The position numbers and the translations under genes are program-made. A DNA stretch of 64,000 nucleotides from Bugula neritina. Lineage: Eukaryota; Animalia; Bryozoa. The DNA lies in contig OZ037766.1 in NCBI GenBank assembly GCA_964035545.1, forward strand, positions 20,882,767 to 20,946,766, written 5' to 3'. The notes under the pieces are model-generated. The model saw only the letters and a list, made by a program, of their open reading frames with translations, ran no database searches and had not been told where the DNA came from. Of the stretch, positions 44,001 through 55,300 are shown one piece after another. Within the stretch, counting starts at the first letter, position 1. Each line of letters begins with the position of its first letter.

Positions 44001-44638
44001 CATCTATCCCATGCACAGAGTTCTGTCCTTGTGAAGCAGTAACAGGAGTTTGCTGCTATGAACTAACATGTCTAACAAATGCTAATGATAGAAAAAAATG
44101 AAAAAGGTGTTTAATATGAACATGAGCCAAAGTTTGTCACATCTATTTGATTATATATATGTTCCATTTTAATTTTAGCTGAGCAATATGCCTCTATCTT
44201 TTTCACTTTTTCTTCTCTGGCAATAAGCAATGTTTTTCTTTATATATCTGTCTAAACAATTATTCAAAAACCTTGTATCATATCTCTCCACCATATGTGA
44301 TGTTTTATTGAAGCAATTTCGATTTTTGAACTGAGCAACATGTCTCTTGGCTCTTTACTTTGGTTTTATTTGCGCTGGCATGGCAAATATTCATTCCAAA
44401 AATGCACATCTATTTGAATCATCAAAAAAATTTTGTTTTTGCCACATAATATAGACTTTATGCCTACTAGATTACGATTTTTTCATAATTGGCGGCCATC
44501 TTGGATTTCTCGAAATGCTCAAGGGTGGCAGGTCCACACCCACCTGGAAACAGTTACCTGAACCCTCAAGATAAATAATCAAAAGAGAAAAAAACTTTAT
44601 CCGAGATTGCGAACCTAACCCCCAGTTCTGCCAGACTA
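41026..44638 (+). mobile_element. Decayed Academ-like DNA transposon in a PTBP 5' intron
   Basis: ~155-bp imperfect TIRs (41026-41184 and 44490-44638) starting TAGTCTGGCAG; 3-bp TSD TAA; transposase remnants REGDWAL, GIWSDI...RFGH (42199-42567) and HGLSGCDVV (~43220). Confidence 0.8.
42905..43175 (+). mobile_element. 3' fragment of an RTE-like LINE nested in the Academ-like element
   Basis: RRPLQWYGHVRQR...RKRGRPKKRL.NTVKD resembles the RTE ORF2 C-terminal motif (RL.W.GHV.R...RGRP..RW.D). Confidence 0.7.
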
Positions 44639-47600
44639 TAACCAACAGTACTACGAACCTGGTCTGGTTTTCTATATTTTTCAGCATAGCCAGATGGAGA
44701 GTTATTTGTAACTGTTATCTAAACATCCATATATCTACAATAAAAAATGTGGATACAAAAAACTTCACATTCTCAATATGGCAGATAATCAATTTCAATA
44801 ACTTATGATTTATGAGCTTGTGAATAATTCATCACCGATTTTGTAGAAAGATGAATTAGGTAGCATCTTATTAAATAAGTATTATAATATTCAGCAGTGC
44901 TGGTGGCCATTCCTCTTACAATTTCTAGGTTTTCAGAGAGCATAGCAGAAAAAAATTATTATTAAAATTTCAGTTGAACTGTAGATGCATCATACCAAGT
45001 CATGGAGTAGAGTGGGATAATTTTAAAATAAAAAATAACCTCAATTGAAATTTGTAACTGTGACAGGCTCCACCAAAAAAAAAATTTTCAACTGTTATGC
45101 TTTTCTTATAAATAATATTGTGGCGTACAATAGTACCAGTTTCTGTGTTTTTATTATTCAAATAAAAGATTTATAAAACATGAATATTCATACATATTAC
45201 CATGAGCTTAAATATTACTTAAAACTGGCTAAAAGATTAATATTTTAACTTTTTTATTTGGAGCATGCTCTTTTTTTAGCTAGTCCAATTTATCACCGTT
45301 ATATTATTCTTATCATCGTTACAAGTATAGCCATTACAGTTATTCACCAGAAATTACTCTGATTCAATTACTAAAATTACTTCAAATGGTAATGGCCGTT
45401 GCAATATTGAATATATTACCATTTACCAACATTGATGACAATTTGAATTAGTGAATTACTTGATCACAGTTACAATTATAGTATTACTATAAATTGAAAC
45501 TGCAATTAGTAGTACTAGTTACACTAATGCTCTTATAGCAAAATTAATAGTGATAGCAATACCCAATAAATAGTACAATACACATTTGATCATGATATTG
45601 ATAGTTTTAGTGCATTGTGGTAAATGTTAAATTCAACTATGCTACAATAATAAGCATATTTAATATTACAGAATTGACATAACTACAGTGAGATGCTGAT
45701 ACTAACAGTTACTGTAAAAATATTATTTATACTTATAATTATAGTATAACTCATACTCGAAGTTTAATTTTCAATTTTACTTTCACTTTGGGTTTTAATC
45801 ATAATGGTTATTTATAATAATACCCTAACCCTACAACAATACTAATAATAACTATATTCTGTAAGTGTGAAGTATAAGTATAACATGAGTATGACTATGA
45901 GACTCCTGGAGCAAAGCCTTTGTCTAACCATTAAGTTTAGTCACTATCACTATTACTATTCGTATTACACTGTCAACTTTAGTATTAGTACTACTACAAG
46001 TATAACTATTGTATTACTATTAGTATTAGTATTACATTTAGTGGTTCACAATGACCGAGATGAGTTTTATTTAAATTTGATCATTTAATTTTATTTTTAT
46101 TACTATTACTACCTACAACAGTACAAGTACTAGTTGAGAAGAAAGGTAAAACTACTAGCTACTGTATTATTGGTTGTATCACAGCTACTGTATTATTATT
46201 ATTATTATGAGTATTACTATTAGTACTGGTACTACTACTAGTGAAGCAAATAATTTTATTATAAATATTAATAATAAAATAACATCATATTTATTTAAAT
46301 AAATATAATTATCAATATTATAATTTGATTTATCATCAATAACACTATAATTATCAGTATGAGTGGGCCTATGACTTTGAGTACTACCTAATTCTTTGGG
46401 CTATTAATATTACTATTACCACGGCACTAGTATCAGTATCACTATGAGTTACTCATATTGAATACGATTCTGAATCATAATCATGACATTCAGTTTCACT
46501 ATTGCTATGATACTCCGACTATGGTCCATGGGCATGACTGAAAGTAGTATTATTAAAATATTAGTATTCCTATAACTATAAAATTAAACACAATTACTAT
46601 TAGCATTACCATAACTTTATTACTATAACTATAAGTATAAGTATAACTATAACTATAAGACTAATTTATCAAGTATAAAATTAAAAATCAAATGTTGTAT
46701 TTAGCAAAATTAGTAAATTTTAATTTAGCCGATCACTAACTCGAAGTCTAGCAAGTAACACTAACTGTAGAACTAGAAGTAGAAGTGTATAACTTATACA
46801 CTTCTACTTCTACCTATAGTAATAGTTATGCCGATACAGCATTAGTATTACTATTACTATTAGTATTAGTAATACATTTACATTACTATTACTATTAGTA
46901 TTAGTATTACTGTATTAGTATTACCATTAGTATTATTCAGTTTCACATTCACATTGTCATTGTGTAGGACATTGTGAATCATTATCACAATGATTGTGAT
47001 CAGTAAGCGAGTATGAGTATGATAATGATATTGATTATCATTATGAATCAGTGTCACTATCACTAATAATAATATCAATAGTAATAATAAAAGCCTTTAA
47101 CTTATAATAATTCGCAATGATTCACAATGGCAATGATTACGAATATCAACATGAAATTGAATATAAATCAGACAATCTGAAAGTGAAAGTGAATCACAAA
47201 GACAATCAACAATGCCATGACCGAGCCTGATGGCTGAAAGTGAAAGTGTTGAACTTGACTACATAAAAAACATCAACTGCTTTATGCTTACTGAAATGGT
47301 TGTTAAAATAAAACAAACTAGAGTGCACAATAAAATTTAAAATAAAGTTGAGAGATGCTCTCCTACTGCATGTAAATGCAAATGGTTCCTCACTTTCAGA
47401 GCAAAGGCAAAATGAAAATGCAAATCTCTTTGTTAGCTTTCTTCTCACAGCACGTGTGGTCAGCGTATAAACATTGGGTGTTTACATAGTCCAGTATAGA
47501 AAAATTATTACCTGTTTTAGTAGTTTAGACTAATAAACACGGAGTCATTTGAGTACAAAGGGAGAATAACTCTACAAATTTAGTTTATGTAGCTAAAATA

Positions 47601-48969
47601 GCACAACCATTTAATAAAGAAATAAATACAAAAAACAACAATTTAAGACTTCAACTTACTGCTATAAGAATGCTGTAGCTTAAGTATTTGATTATTATTA
47701 TACTTGATAGTGCATAGATAGAATGGGCTAACAATGTATTCCTAATTATTACTCCCTAGAGCTGCATGTGCAAATCAAACTTTGTCATTTAGAAATTGTA
47801 GTTTGCTACCATCCTTTTTTTTTAGCTGCGTGATAGTGGGGTAAAATTACTGCTTTGTAAATAGCAGAAGATATAAAAGAGCTTTGCAATGTCATAAATT
47901 GTCTGACTGCGTAGAAAAATGCAATCACCGATTCAAAACCAAAATAAAAACTCAAGCTAAAAAATTAATGTATACATATCTGCATTTAACAAAGAGGCTG
48001 GGATTGAATTTTTAGTATGGCTGTATTAATAATATTTATTGATGTGATATTTCTCATCTGCAATCAAGTTCATTGTTATAGTATATTGGAGTTATGTCAG
48101 CAAATCTGCTTCCACAGCTAAATTTATTGACTTTCTTTTAGCAAGCAATGAGTAGCTTTTGTTTTTAAATTTCTTTTGTGCTCTACCTAGTTTTTGCTGG
48201 TCAATCCAGCATTGTTACACAACAGTTATAGTTATTATTTTAAAGATAGGTATATTGCCATTTACTCTAATAAAAGTACATACAAACTTACAACACACAT
48301 GAAATAATTTGCTGCATCACAAAGTTATAGGTTTTTTTCAATTAGCTGTTGCATATTCACTGTCTGTTATTATTTTTTGCATGTCTCATACTAGGTTATT
48401 TCCGAATCTCTTTTAGACAGCTTGTTGTTGCTACTAAATAGATATACTATGGTAACAGTGATAATAAAGTGGCAGAGCATCACATCTCTTCATGCAATTC
48501 TACATATTTTGCCAAGTGAAGGGGAATATGGGTCCAACTCTTACCCTGCCACCACTGCTGGCGTATCTAGTATTAATTTGTTATTGTTTCAGACCCTAGG
48601 CCTTAATGCTATAAAGTAATAGGGAGAATAAAGAGATGTTATTTCAATTTTTCATAAATTGTAAGATGCAGAGCTGACAACTCCACAGATAACGTTTAAT
48701 GAATTTAAAAGTTTTCTCTATCTTCAGCAGCTTTAGAGATAAAAATTTATTGGTGTTTGGATTTGAAATATTGGTTAAATGATATGCAGCAGCAGCAGAA
48801 AACTGGTCATATATTGCAAGGATTATAATTATATATTGATGCCATCTATGCCTATAATGTATGTATTACTGAGAATATAAGTTGACTATTCCTTCTAATA
48901 AAAATTTAAAATGTCAACTGTGAAGGTCATAAAACCTACACACATCAGGTTTGTATACTAATTAGCATA

Positions 48970-49014
48970 ATTATATATATATATATATACACACACACAC
49001 ATGTATATATACAC

Positions 49015-49068
<54 letters not shown>

Positions 49069-49076
49069 ATATATAT

Positions 49077-49120
<44 letters not shown>

Positions 49121-49134
49121 GTGTATATATATAT
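48970..49134. repeat. (TA)n/(CA)n microsatellite
   Basis: Directly visible. Confidence 0.97.
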
Positions 49135-49391
49135 TTTTTTTTATATTAAACTTCTTTTAAAATTGGTGACCAGTGCAAACCATTAAACAGCATCACTGGC
49201 TAACAAATATACAATGATTATATTTTAGCAATGTTAGGAGTAAACTTTATACTTTGCCAAAGGTACTAATAAAACTTTTCGTATGTCACTCTATAATTCT
49301 ACAAACTCATTTTCTATACTGTAAGTTCTTGCAATCGAAAATGTGAACAGGAAAGAGGGTGTAACTCCAAAACAACTAAACCTTAGTTTAC

Positions 49392-52300
49392 TCAATGTTT
49401 TGATTTTCTTGCTGTGCCAGCTTTCTTGCTCTTTTTGCCTTTGGTGTGTGCTTTTCCAGAAACTTCAGACATCTGTTTTCTTTTATTCAATGCATGTTTG
49501 GATATTTTTCTTTTATTATTCAATTTAAAAAGTCTTTTCTCAATACGCACAGCTGTCTTGCTCATTCTAAAAAGAAAAGAATATAAAACTTTACAGACTC
49601 CATCACATAAAAAATACACCAACACAACAGAGCTAGTAAGATGGTGAATCATCAAGGAATACATAAGTAAAATGACTTCCTATTTAAATCCCGAAACAAC
49701 AAATTTATGCATATCTATTAATAAAGTGACATGCTTACTTTTTAGGCATTTTTCTAGACGTGATAATGGGGGGTTCAGATGCCAACTCTGAATCAACCTG
49801 AAAAAAATTGAACAAAGTTTTAACCCTCAAGAGAGCAAATTGATACAAATATATAGTTTCAGCTAAGTTAGGCCAACCAAACTAAGCCTAGATAAATATA
49901 GCATATAAATGTGCATGCTAGCACAAATTTCTGCAGATAATTCAAGTTAAATTCAACACATTTAATATCTCTACTTCCAGTACAAAGCCAACTGTTCCCG
50001 AATTGTCTTTTACATATTTATGCCTCAAAACAATGCACTTTTTTAATTGTGCAACTTGACTAAATGTAAATAAATTGCTGAATTAAAAACAAATTTAAAA
50101 GTTTGAGTCCATAGTCAGATCAAGAGCCCAATCAAACTAAGCACCACCTCCACCCCCACAGAGTTTCGGAATTGTATAGTAAATACCTTTTCGTCTTCAC
50201 TACCCACTTCTTCATTCTCTTGACATTCTTCTTCTCCTTCTTCCTCATTATTTATACCAATCATGTCTTCTTGATCACACAAATTATACTCTGTTATTTC
50301 TACTGTTTTATCACCGCACTTATAAGCTTCAGTTTTTTCCTTTAGTATTTCTTCTACATCCTTCAATTTCTCCAAATATTTGGCTTCGTTTTTCTTAATA
50401 TTTTCCCTGAACTAAAAAATTAAAATACTGCAAGGACATATAAACTCATTAACAATCTAATATTCACACTTAGTTACTTTGAATCAAAAACTAAACTTAA
50501 ACAGTATTTTTATTAACTGCTATTTTTACCTCTTCACGTTGCCGTGCTTTCTCCTCCTTCAAAAGTGTAGCTAAATCTTCCTTGGCTTTATCTTGTCTTT
50601 CTTTCTTACGTTTACTAAAACTAGTAAGCCATTCTCTAAAAATACATTATGAAACAATAATTTATAAATGAACTGTTATATACTTGTTGGAAACTTATTC
50701 CATGAGTAAACTGAAGTAGACCAAGAATTACCCAGAAGTAAACTGATTATACTACTACTTCTGCTGCTGTTACTGCCGTCATCATCTTGATAAAGAAAAC
50801 AGACACACTAGCTATGTAACTCTCATTATAGTAAATAATTTTTAAAAAAATACTCAACATAGAAACATGAGTCTTACTAACTATTGAGTATTACACCATC
50901 ACCATAAATACCTAACATGGAAGAGTGTAAATTGACAATTATTGTAACCACAGTAAGTGTTATAATAATTAATGTAAAGTAACAATTAGGAAGATATTAA
51001 ATTTATAATAAATATTGCTAAACTAAGTTTAATGAGTAATGCTATTACTTTCAAGGAATTAGATTTTGTTCAGATTGTAATTAATATTACACTATTGACT
51101 GTTATTATCAGTATTGCTAAAAATAAAAGTACTTCAAAATAAAATACAGAACATGATAATGATAGCAGTTTCAAAAAGTAAAATAACTTAAAAAATATAT
51201 TTATAAATAATAACACATTTCATTATATTTTCAAAAGTTCAAATGCTGTTGATAGTTTCACTTTAATTTGATTTGAGTTGTCAACATAATACTAATTACT
51301 GTGTTTTACTAACTTGAAGTAAAAAAAATAAAGCCATAAAAATTCTGAAAAAAAGATATCATGGCAATAATGATTATGAATCATCGATCACCCAACATAT
51401 AGTTATAGAACTGAAATAGGTATTGCATAATGATAGTTACAGTAATTTAACATTGGATTGCTAGCTTTATATCACGGAAATTAAAGAGCCTGTTGATTTA
51501 AATTATATATGGAAACTTGCCACTAACATTTTTATTTACATATGGAGTTGATATCAATCTTAGTAAGCTACAATCATTTAGTCATGAGTTTGAAAAATAA
51601 AATTTCGCTGCAATTAAGTTTAGTTGGCAGAATATTCAAATATTCAAATATATAATTATAATGATAACTTACAGGGCAGGTTAGGCATCACTGCTGTGAA
51701 AACTTAAATTATGTGTGAGTGTGTGGGTGTGTAGGTGTGTGTGTTTTACATTCCAACAGTATCATAAGATAAATTGATTTCAACATTATATTTGAACTTT
51801 AGTAATTAATTTTCCTTAGTTATCTGTTATGATGATTGGATTTTTAAATGTGTAATCTGATAAATATTTATTATAATATAATGCTAAGTAGAACAGTGAT
51901 ACCAATATGTGATTAGCCACCAAACTGGCAATCAACAATATACCTTCTGCCTTGGAAAATTTTGACAAAAAATTAGAGGTACTAGAGATAGTACAGAATT
52001 AATTTGTAAAGATGATCTGGGGCTTGACATGAAGGAGAGGAGTGACCAAAGCTAGATTAAAACTTTAACTTGAAAGGCTTGACTGTTATAAGATGAATTA
52101 ACTCCAGAATAAAGCTTTCCTTAATATTTCATTTAAAAAAGCCCACCCTGCTCCCTTTTTAATATCTTTTGATAATTAGTATTACCTAACTTAAAACAAC
52201 AACACAGACTAATCCAGTGACTAAACATATTCAACACTGTCACTAGTAACTGTTGTTACAATAGTGTTTTAACTTACCACACAATATTTAAAAAGTTACC

Positions 52301-55300
52301 AACACCAAGTCATTAGTACATGAAGTCACCAATCAGATAGGTTGTCAAAATTGAACAGTCAGACCGGAGAAGTAATACTAAGTTATTAAATACAATAAAT
52401 ATATACAAGTGAATATAAAAAATATAATATTAATAATATTAACACGTAACCATAATTGAAACTAATTCACTTTCAGTAATTGGATTTACTTTTAGTAATT
52501 TAGATAATCATTTTGACTCTGATTCGTATTACTATTATGATAACATCATGATTAACTGATGAAATAAAAGTCATAAGTGACTGTAATATGATTAAGACTA
52601 AAAGTAGGACTAAAACTAAAAGTACAACTAAAACTTAAAAACAAAAGTAGAATTTAAATTAAATATTGTAGTAATTTGTGCAATTACTGAGCGTGAGTTA
52701 TTTACTTGCGTATAGTTAGCTGGTTATTCTGTTATCAATTACTAAGGTAGCTGTCGAGTAATTATATTTATTCTCCACAATAAAGCATAAACCAAACATC
52801 ACATCAAATTATCCTATACAAGAGTCAACTACTAACACATGTTACTACTACAAGCCTCCGCTTACAACAACGTGGTATAATGTTAATAACCCGGGAAGTG
52901 TCACGTGAATCGGAAGCATATCTTCCGGAGCTGCTAATTGGTTGCTACATAAGGGTCTAAGTATTCCAAGAGTAGGGAGAGGGCGATTCCCGTATTTGTA
53001 CTTTGCACTACTCACTACACCGTCCCCCCCAGCAGAAAGCCCTACTTTCTGATAACACAATAAAAAAAACACATAATGAAAAACTATACAATAATCCAAA
53101 AAGAAAAACATACATAAGTAAACCCACAAAGAGTAAGAAAAGAAATAGTTGAGCACGACAACATTTACATTAGAAGACAACAGGGTGATCGATCACACAC
53201 ATCTAGTCAGCTATTAAGAGAGAGGGTGCTTACCAGCACGCGGACCAATGTCGGAGCGCTCGTCACATTCTAAACGAGTATCGCTCAACGAAGGTGCCTA
53301 CCCCAGGCATTCTCATTGGTTGGACTCTGATTCTTGTAGCGATCGTGCTCTGTGTCGAGCCTGTCGGGCACGTAGCCGCCTCTTCAGTCGCCCCACTGAG
53401 TCCTTCAACTGGTATAGACCTGTCGTCGTATCCAGCAGGTCAGGGGCAAGTTGTGTGAACTCGGCTTGTAGTCTTACAAGCCGCTCTTCTACGTTAGCCA
53501 GCTGGCTAGGCCTTGGTGGGGTTGTAGTAGTCTCCGTTAGAGGGGATATTGTTGTTTCTTCTACTTCTGGGGTGTTGCTAGGGTTGACGGGGGTAGGAGG
53601 TGGGCCCTGAACCATAGGGGACTTATGGCGGGCGGATAGTAGCAGTACGTGAAACCCTGACGCTAGTGCGGCCAGGGTGATAGCCTTCCTGATGACTGGC
53701 TTGATGGCATCCAGGTATAGGGGGAAACTGTCCTCATCAACAGTGTGGTTCTCTCCGGCGAAGCAGCTCAGCTTATGTACTGTCACGGGATACGGGTAGA
53801 CGTCGTTGAACCCGCAGGGACAGAAGTGGAGTAGGAAATGGGCGTCTACATGTAAACGCAGGGAGCGGTGTGACGGGCACTCCTCAAAGCAGACCTGGCA
53901 GGTTCGGTGGGGTCCACTGGGTCCCCAGGCTTCCTCAATTCTCCTTGCGGAGCCCCTCCCACGGGGGGTTTTTGCACTTCCGGACCTGTTTCTGGTTCTG
54001 GAAGTGGTGATGATGGCAGGCTTGACGTTGGGGGCGGTGGGCGCACTTTCAAGGACGGAAGTGGCCTTTCTCGCCTCGCCAAGTCTTCCCGACGTGTCAT
54101 GGAGTTGTTTCCGGCCAGGTTGACAGTCTCCGCCTGCCGAGACCTTCTCGTACAATGCGTCTGCCGCCCCGCTTTACCAGGGAGACGGCTATGCTTGTTG
54201 GTCTGGCAGACTTTGCACCGTCTCACTCTGCGTCGGATATCCCGTTCCATGTTGGGCCAGTACCACCGGAGTTGTAGCTTGGTGACCACCCCTTGGACTC
54301 CTCCGTGAGTCTCCTCGTGGGTGTCTTGTATCAACTTCCGGCGGATGGCAGCTGGGCAGACAACCCTCTTCCTGGCTGGCTGTCTGCTGTTGGCGGCCAA
54401 GGTCATGGTTAGCAGACCATCTGGCCCGACCCGCAGAGAGCTCCAACGTTGACAGTACAGCCGTAACTCGGCGCATCCCTGTCGTCGTTGTGTACTGCTG
54501 GGTCGTCGCCCTTCCTGTTTTGCTCGGTACACGTCGGCTACCACCCCAGGAAGGCATTCCTGGAGCTTCGGCAGCTCCCTAACGTTACCAGCCCATACAG
54601 GTTTGGCGCGGAGGCTCTGGACAGCCTCCGGGGGCGTGTCAGCCCTCTGTTGGAGTAGCTGAGCAGGGGCGGTCCTCGCCGCCCGTGGTACCCCACGACA
54701 GCCTGCTCTATTTAGGCGGGCTCCGTGGTCTGTGTGGCGGAACGCCTCACTGTACCCATGTGGCAACCTAGCCATAGCCTGGCGCTTCCCGTTGCCTGTG
54801 CAGCCACGCGTCCCTGGAGGAGGGGAGGCGTGGGTTGGGACGGTCCTCCGCCCTCGAGACGGGCTCTGCTGAGGACCTTCCGTCGTAGCTCCCGACGACG
54901 GCCCAATGGCTTCCTCCTGGACAGGATGGAAGCGACCCAGCATGGATCTGGGTGGTAGGTCTACTGTCTCTGAGAAGGGGTTGACACACTGCACTGAGAT
55001 CTCTCCTTGTCCCGTAAGCCGGCTAAAGCTATGGGCAAGTTGGACTCTCGAGTGCGTACTTTCGACAACTCCCAACTTAGAGGTTTGGCCACCGTCTACC
55101 TTGCAGCGGACGGTAGCCCGGGAGTGGCCTGGTATAGTACAGCTCCGTACTACCTGCACTGCTCCCGCTAGAGGACGACCAAACTTATCGACACAAGCGA
55201 GCTCCTTGTCGCCCATGATCATCGCAGATTTACTGAAATCGATGCGACAACCGTGTCGTTGTAAGAATGGCATCCCGAGGATAGCATCCTCGTTGAGCTG

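Noticed and set aside
47511-47548. First coding exon of PTBP
   Set aside because: The ATG frame stops after 7 codons and the frame needed for the microexon has a TAA; at most a 5' UTR exon.
51826-51862. C/D-box snoRNA-like ATGATGA...CTGA
   Set aside because: Only ~35 nt and antisense to the host NOL12 transcript.
53313-54155. env gene making the element an errantivirus-like retrovirus
   Set aside because: No signal peptide, fusion-protein layout or C-terminal TM anchor; zinc fingers instead.
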